A stretch of DNA of 64,000 nt. Origin: the human T2T-CHM13v2.0 reference genome, Homo sapiens. The translations under genes were made by a program, and so were the position numbers. Positions 58,536 to 64,000 of this stretch are shown here, in pieces; within the stretch, counting starts at the first letter, position 1, and each line of letters opens with the position of its first letter. A model generated the notes under the pieces. It worked only from the letters and a program-made list of their open reading frames with translations. It was not told where the DNA came from and ran no database searches. The DNA is taken from contig CP068257.2 in NCBI GenBank assembly GCA_009914755.4, positions 20,864,001-20,928,000 of the forward strand. The letters are read 5' to 3'.

Positions 58536-58818
58536 TGTTATGGTTTGAATGTCTCCTCCAAAACTCCTGTTGCAATTTAATTGCTATTGTAACAATATTA
58601 ACAAATGGGACCTTTAAGAAGTCATTAGGTCGTGAGGGTTCTGTGCACTCACTTGCTCTTCTGTCATTTTATGATGCAGTGAGAAGGTCCTCACCATATG
58701 TGGCCGCTGAATGTTAAACTTTCAGCCTCCAGAACCATGAATCAAATACACTTCTATTGTTTATAAGTTACCCAGTTTGTGGTATTCTGCCAGAGCAGCA
58801 GAAAATTAAACAAGACAA
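58536..58818 (+). mobile_element. MaLR LTR, MLT1-type
   Basis: tgttatggtttgaatgtctcctccaaaactcctgttgcaatttaattgc…ctgaatgttaaactttcagcctccagaaccatgaatcaaatacacttctattgtttataagttacccagtttgtggtattctgccagagcagc ~ MLT1 …cttggacttcccagcctccagaactgtgag…tgtttaagccacccagtctatggtattttgttatagcagcc. Confidence 0.75.
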
Positions 58819-59239
58819 CAAACAAGTGAAGAATTCAATCCTTTGTTCATGAAAATGTTTAAATGTGGAAAATAAATGTTTATTACAAAGAAAAAATGTG
58901 TACATAGAGTGAAATATATAGAATGATATTTCTGTTCTTCTATTCTTCTTTGCTTCAAAACTGATTATACTACATAAGAACAGCTTTGGTTTTACATTTT
59001 TCTTCCAATTTCTTTTTTTTTTTCTAGTTTAAGTTAAAAATCAATAGTGTCAAGGAAAAGGTGAGAGAAAAATAAGCTAATCAACACTTAGGAGGTGACA
59101 AGTAGGTAATTTAACCCATGATATCTTACTGGAATCCCAATAAAGAAGGAATTGTCACAAATTGCATCTTTATCTCTTACAACTACACAGCCAGGTAATT
59201 TTTTTTTCGAAGTGGTAAATTTTTTATTATCTTAACTAG

Positions 59240-59560
<321 letters not shown>

Positions 59561-60594
59561 CCACATATTTTCTAAGATTAAAAGTGGCATCCAATTTGCC
59601 GGCAATTATTAAATGAATAATTAATTGATTTTTTTAATTTCAATACATATCTTTCTGTTTAGAAAGTATACTTCAAATTTTTTAGTGATCAATTTCATTG
59701 CTTTATTCATGTCACGGAATTGGGGGAAAAAAGATAAATCTGTTTTCATGTCCAAATGGTAACAGAAAATTTATTCACTTTAAAGATTAAAATGTTTCTT
59801 TAAAAAAACAAAGTGAACTATGCATTTCTCAATGAAATTATTTAAATGTAAATGTGGTAAAATACACTTGACTGCCATTTGTTTACTTTGTATTATTTTT
59901 ATAAAGAAAATAAGTGTGTCTATTTAATAACTAATGTACTCCTCAAGAAGCCTTTTAAACTTTTACCACAGTAAATGTTAACATTCTTAATCTCTTTGAC
60001 AATCTGAATACTAGCCCTAACCTCAAAATTAGGTGTAAAGCATTGGTTCTTTGTTGTTGCTTACAAATATATATAGGACTTCTGTGATCAAAACATAACT
60101 AATGTCATAAATTTACAACAAATCAAAGAGCCAATCCCATGTCATATAGCGTAGGTCAAATATTAAAGAGGTTGTCAGATCAATTCTTCAAGAGAGTTTT
60201 AAAATGTACTAGTATTTAAGTACTATTGTAGGAGAGGCAAGGGAAAATAGGACTCAACCTCCTGCCAGGAAAGAATATTTATTTTTTTCTTAGTAGTGGA
60301 TATTCTCAGTATTATTGATATTTCATATGTTTTAGGCCATCAAAAATATAAGTAGTCTTCCACATAAGAAAAATTGATGGGATAAACAAAACTGGCTGTC
60401 TCAATTGGTGCTGTGTCTTTAGGATAGTGAAAATTTTTAAAAATATGGAGAAGAATAGACATAGCTACTAAAATGGCCAATTAGCGATTTTTAAAATGTT
60501 TTATCTTAATTTTAATTTGATTTTTAAAAATTTTAAACAATTCCAACAATCTTTAAATTTAGTTACCTGAAAAATGATTAATGTAAATAACTAA

Positions 60595-60922
<328 letters not shown>

Positions 60923-61732
60923 TAAAGGTTTTTTTTTTAAAAGCAAGCACAACACTGAAAGAAAGCATAAGATCTTTAAATACCAACTATGAAATGTCAC
61001 CATAAATTTAAAGTGGCTGCTGAAGCCAGGGACTACCATAAGCCAACTACCAGTCACTGTATCATACTGTATCATAACGGGAAGAGTTTTCATGGTTGTG
61101 CTGGTAGGAAGAGATTGGGCATAAGGCCAAATTATCAAAAATAGAGAGTCTATGCCAACAAAACCCTCAATGAAAGACGGTCTACCAGGTGAAACAAAAA
61201 ACAAAGGAAACAACTTATATACGAAAGGAAAGAAAGTGACACTTGCCACTAGTTTCTGAGTGACTGACAAGAAGGTTTTCTTTGGGAATTCTTAAACGGT
61301 AGTTGGCATCCATATGAGTTTGAGGTCAGTGTTCACACTATGTGACACATGCAAAGAATGTCAATATGATAACTTTTGTTTAAAATGTCCCATATTGCCC
61401 ACAATCCTATTCAGAGAATGCATTAAAACTTTCTCTGTAGGAATAAATCCTAAAACAGATTAGTTAAAATTTTGCCAGATAGAGTTCAAATAAGCATGTT
61501 TTAAACAAACAAAAAATCATACTGTAAACCAACTCTATTCAACACTATTTCAACAAATATTATTTGAGTACTTGATACTAGGTACTGTTCTAGATTCTAG
61601 GCATGCTATAGTAAGCAACAAAGAAAAAAAAATCCCTGCATGCATGGATTGTAGATTCCAGTGAAGAAGATAAGCAGAAAATTCAATTTATAATTGTGTG
61701 GTATTATATGTTTAAATATAATAGCTTTTGTG

Positions 61733-62227
61733 TGAGGGTTCTCCAGAGAAACAGAAGCAATGGTATATATATACATTTAAGAGAGAATGTTTCATGGGAA
61801 TTGGCTCAAGTGATTACAGAGGATGAGCAGTTCTACAATATGTTGTCTTCAAGCTGGAGAACCAGAACACCTGGGGGTGTCATTCAGTTTGAGTCTAAGG
61901 GATGGAGAAGCCGGGAGCCAATGCTGTCACTCAACCTGAGGGCAGAGGCTTGAGAATCAGAAGCTTCCATGTATGAGGGCAGGAGAAGATGGATGTCTTA
62001 GCTCAAGAACAAAGAACAAATTTGCTCTTCTTGTGGACAATTTGTTATACTGATCCCTCAATAGATTAGATGATGCCCAACCAAATTTATGAGGGCATAT
62101 CTTCTTTTTCAGTTTCCTAATCAAATGCTAATCTCTTCCAGAAACACCCTCACAGTCACACCCAGAATAAAAAATGGTTTACAAGCTTCTGCATATCCCT
62201 TAACACAGTCAAATTGATATAGAAGAG
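61733..62227 (+). mobile_element. Ancient LTR-like interspersed repeat (5' part; family not assigned), split by AluY
   Basis: tgtgagggttctccagagaaacagaagcaatggtatatatatacatttaag…aattggctcaagtgattacagaggatgagcag…gagaaccagaacacctggg…gggcaggagaagatggatgtcttagctcaag… matches a very common mammalian repeat consensus (ggttctccagagaaacagaacc…aattggctcac…). Confidence 0.5.
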
Positions 62228-62878
<651 letters not shown>

Positions 62879-63033
62879 ATGGGTGTTAAATGTAATGCAT
62901 TGGGCTAGAGGGACAACACAATGAATAAAAATCAATAGAAACAAACAAATAGTTCTCCAAGGACTTCTGCTATTGAGAATATCAAATAGCAATATTAAAC
63001 AGCAAATTAAACAGACAAGACCAAAAACAGAAT

Positions 63034-63090
63034 GAGAGACAGAGAGAGAGACAGACAGAGGACAGACAGAGGAAGATAGAGGGAGAAAAA
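63034..63090. repeat. (GA)n/(GACA)n purine-rich microsatellite
   Basis: gagacagagagagagacagacagaggacagacagaggaagatagagggagaaaa. Confidence 0.8.
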
Positions 63091-63231
63091 TGTGAAAAAA
63101 TTAAAGAGATTTCACCACATATTACAGAGGAAAAGGGCTATGGAATACTGAAACAAAAGATGTTTTAAAATATGCTTTTCATATAAATTAATGAAGGAGA
63201 CGATTTCAGGATAACATAAGAGAAACAATTT

Positions 63232-63234
<3 letters not shown>

Positions 63235-63262
<28 letters not shown>
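63235..63262. repeat. (GT)14 microsatellite
   Basis: gtgtgtgtgtgtgtgtgtgtgtgtgtgt. Confidence 0.9.
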
Positions 63263-63265
<3 letters not shown>

Positions 63266-64000
63266 CACTATTTGAGAATTTTCTAGTACCGAATAAATCC
63301 ATGATGCAGGACGCACAGTATCTGTTCATTAGCACTAACAGAAATACCTTAGTAACTAGATAAACAATAGTATCACTAGAGAGCAATTTATGAAGCAAGA
63401 TCTGTTGAATTATCTTCAAAAATGATAACAAGGCTGACAAGCAATTTCTCAACAATGAAAAAAGAAGCCAAAAGTCAATTAGAGAATGTCTTCCAGATGC
63501 TGAAAGAAAATGTTCATCCAGTAGAACTGTGTACTTATGGCAGGACAAATAAACAATTTCAAGGATTCATTAAAATATGTTCTATTTGATAGAAAATGAT
63601 TTAGTGATTATAGAAAAAAAAATCATGGCTTGTCTGGGGTTACCATGAAAGTTTGTTTTATCAGTTTCAGCAAGTTTCCCAATGCATGTTCCCCAGAGTT
63701 ACTGGAGGCAGGATATACTTTGAAAGTCGCTTCCAGACATTCGTTAACCAGTGAACATGTGCACAGGAACATAAATCTGACATTTAAAGAATGGCAGTGT
63801 CAGGTCCACGTGTTCTGGGTCATTACATATTATGTTACTATTGCACAGTTCCACTCTAATAATTGCAGTTGATTAAGGCCTTTCTACTGTTTATAGGGTT
63901 TATTAATTGTCACACTTACTACACTACAGTAACCAATTTAATTAAAATTTTTGAATTAGGGCAAAACAGAAACATTTTCAGAAGAAAAAAATATAAAGAA

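Noticed and set aside
63165-63548. 127-aa minus-strand ORF
   Set aside because: It contains a THTHTHTHT run, which is a translation of the (GT)14 microsatellite at 63235-63262. The rest is AT-rich unique sequence. It is not coding.

Overview
This window is primate (human-type) nuclear genomic DNA, not a prokaryotic locus. At least 22 Alu elements, each with the diagnostic ggccgggcgcggtggctcacgcctgtaatcccagcactttgggaggc... consensus, and several LINE-1 copies make this unambiguous. The window is AT-rich, gene-poor and dominated by interspersed repeats. I could not support any protein-coding exon, RNA gene, CRISPR array, operon or defence system. Almost every ORF in the supplied six-frame track is a translation of an Alu (the recurring ...[13 protein letters not shown].../...[11 protein letters not shown]... 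peptides), of L1 ORF1/ORF2 remnants, or of low-complexity or GC-rich repeat sequence.

What is here:
- A roughly 2 kb young L1PA insertion on the minus strand (20679-22734) with a classic twin-priming 5' inversion and an 11-bp target-site duplication (TSD).
- A near full-length older L1 on the plus strand (~27000-35232) carrying a nested AluY flanked by a 20-bp TSD.
- A further older L1 on the minus strand (50497-53130) carrying two nested Alus.
- Older L1/L1M fragments at 478-2690, 15380-16530, 18450-20126, 35690-36300 and 55100-55365.
- MaLR LTRs (a THE1/MST-type at 24708 and MLT1-type copies at 25398 and 58536).
- Two, possibly three, related MER41-like class-I ERV LTRs in the same orientation (9068, 54027, and a weaker candidate at 13570).
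- A Tigger-family DNA transposon remnant (35233-35671) and a palindromic nonautonomous DNA-transposon-like element (18112-18428).
- A 99%-identical 303-bp local duplication (16912 and 17797).
- Numerous microsatellites.

The features most worth a second look are the duplication, the LTR set with an adjacent CpG-rich block (54527-55130), the twin-primed L1 and the nested young Alus. None of these amounts to a new biological system. Repeat family names are assigned from memory of consensus sequences and need RepeatMasker/Dfam confirmation.
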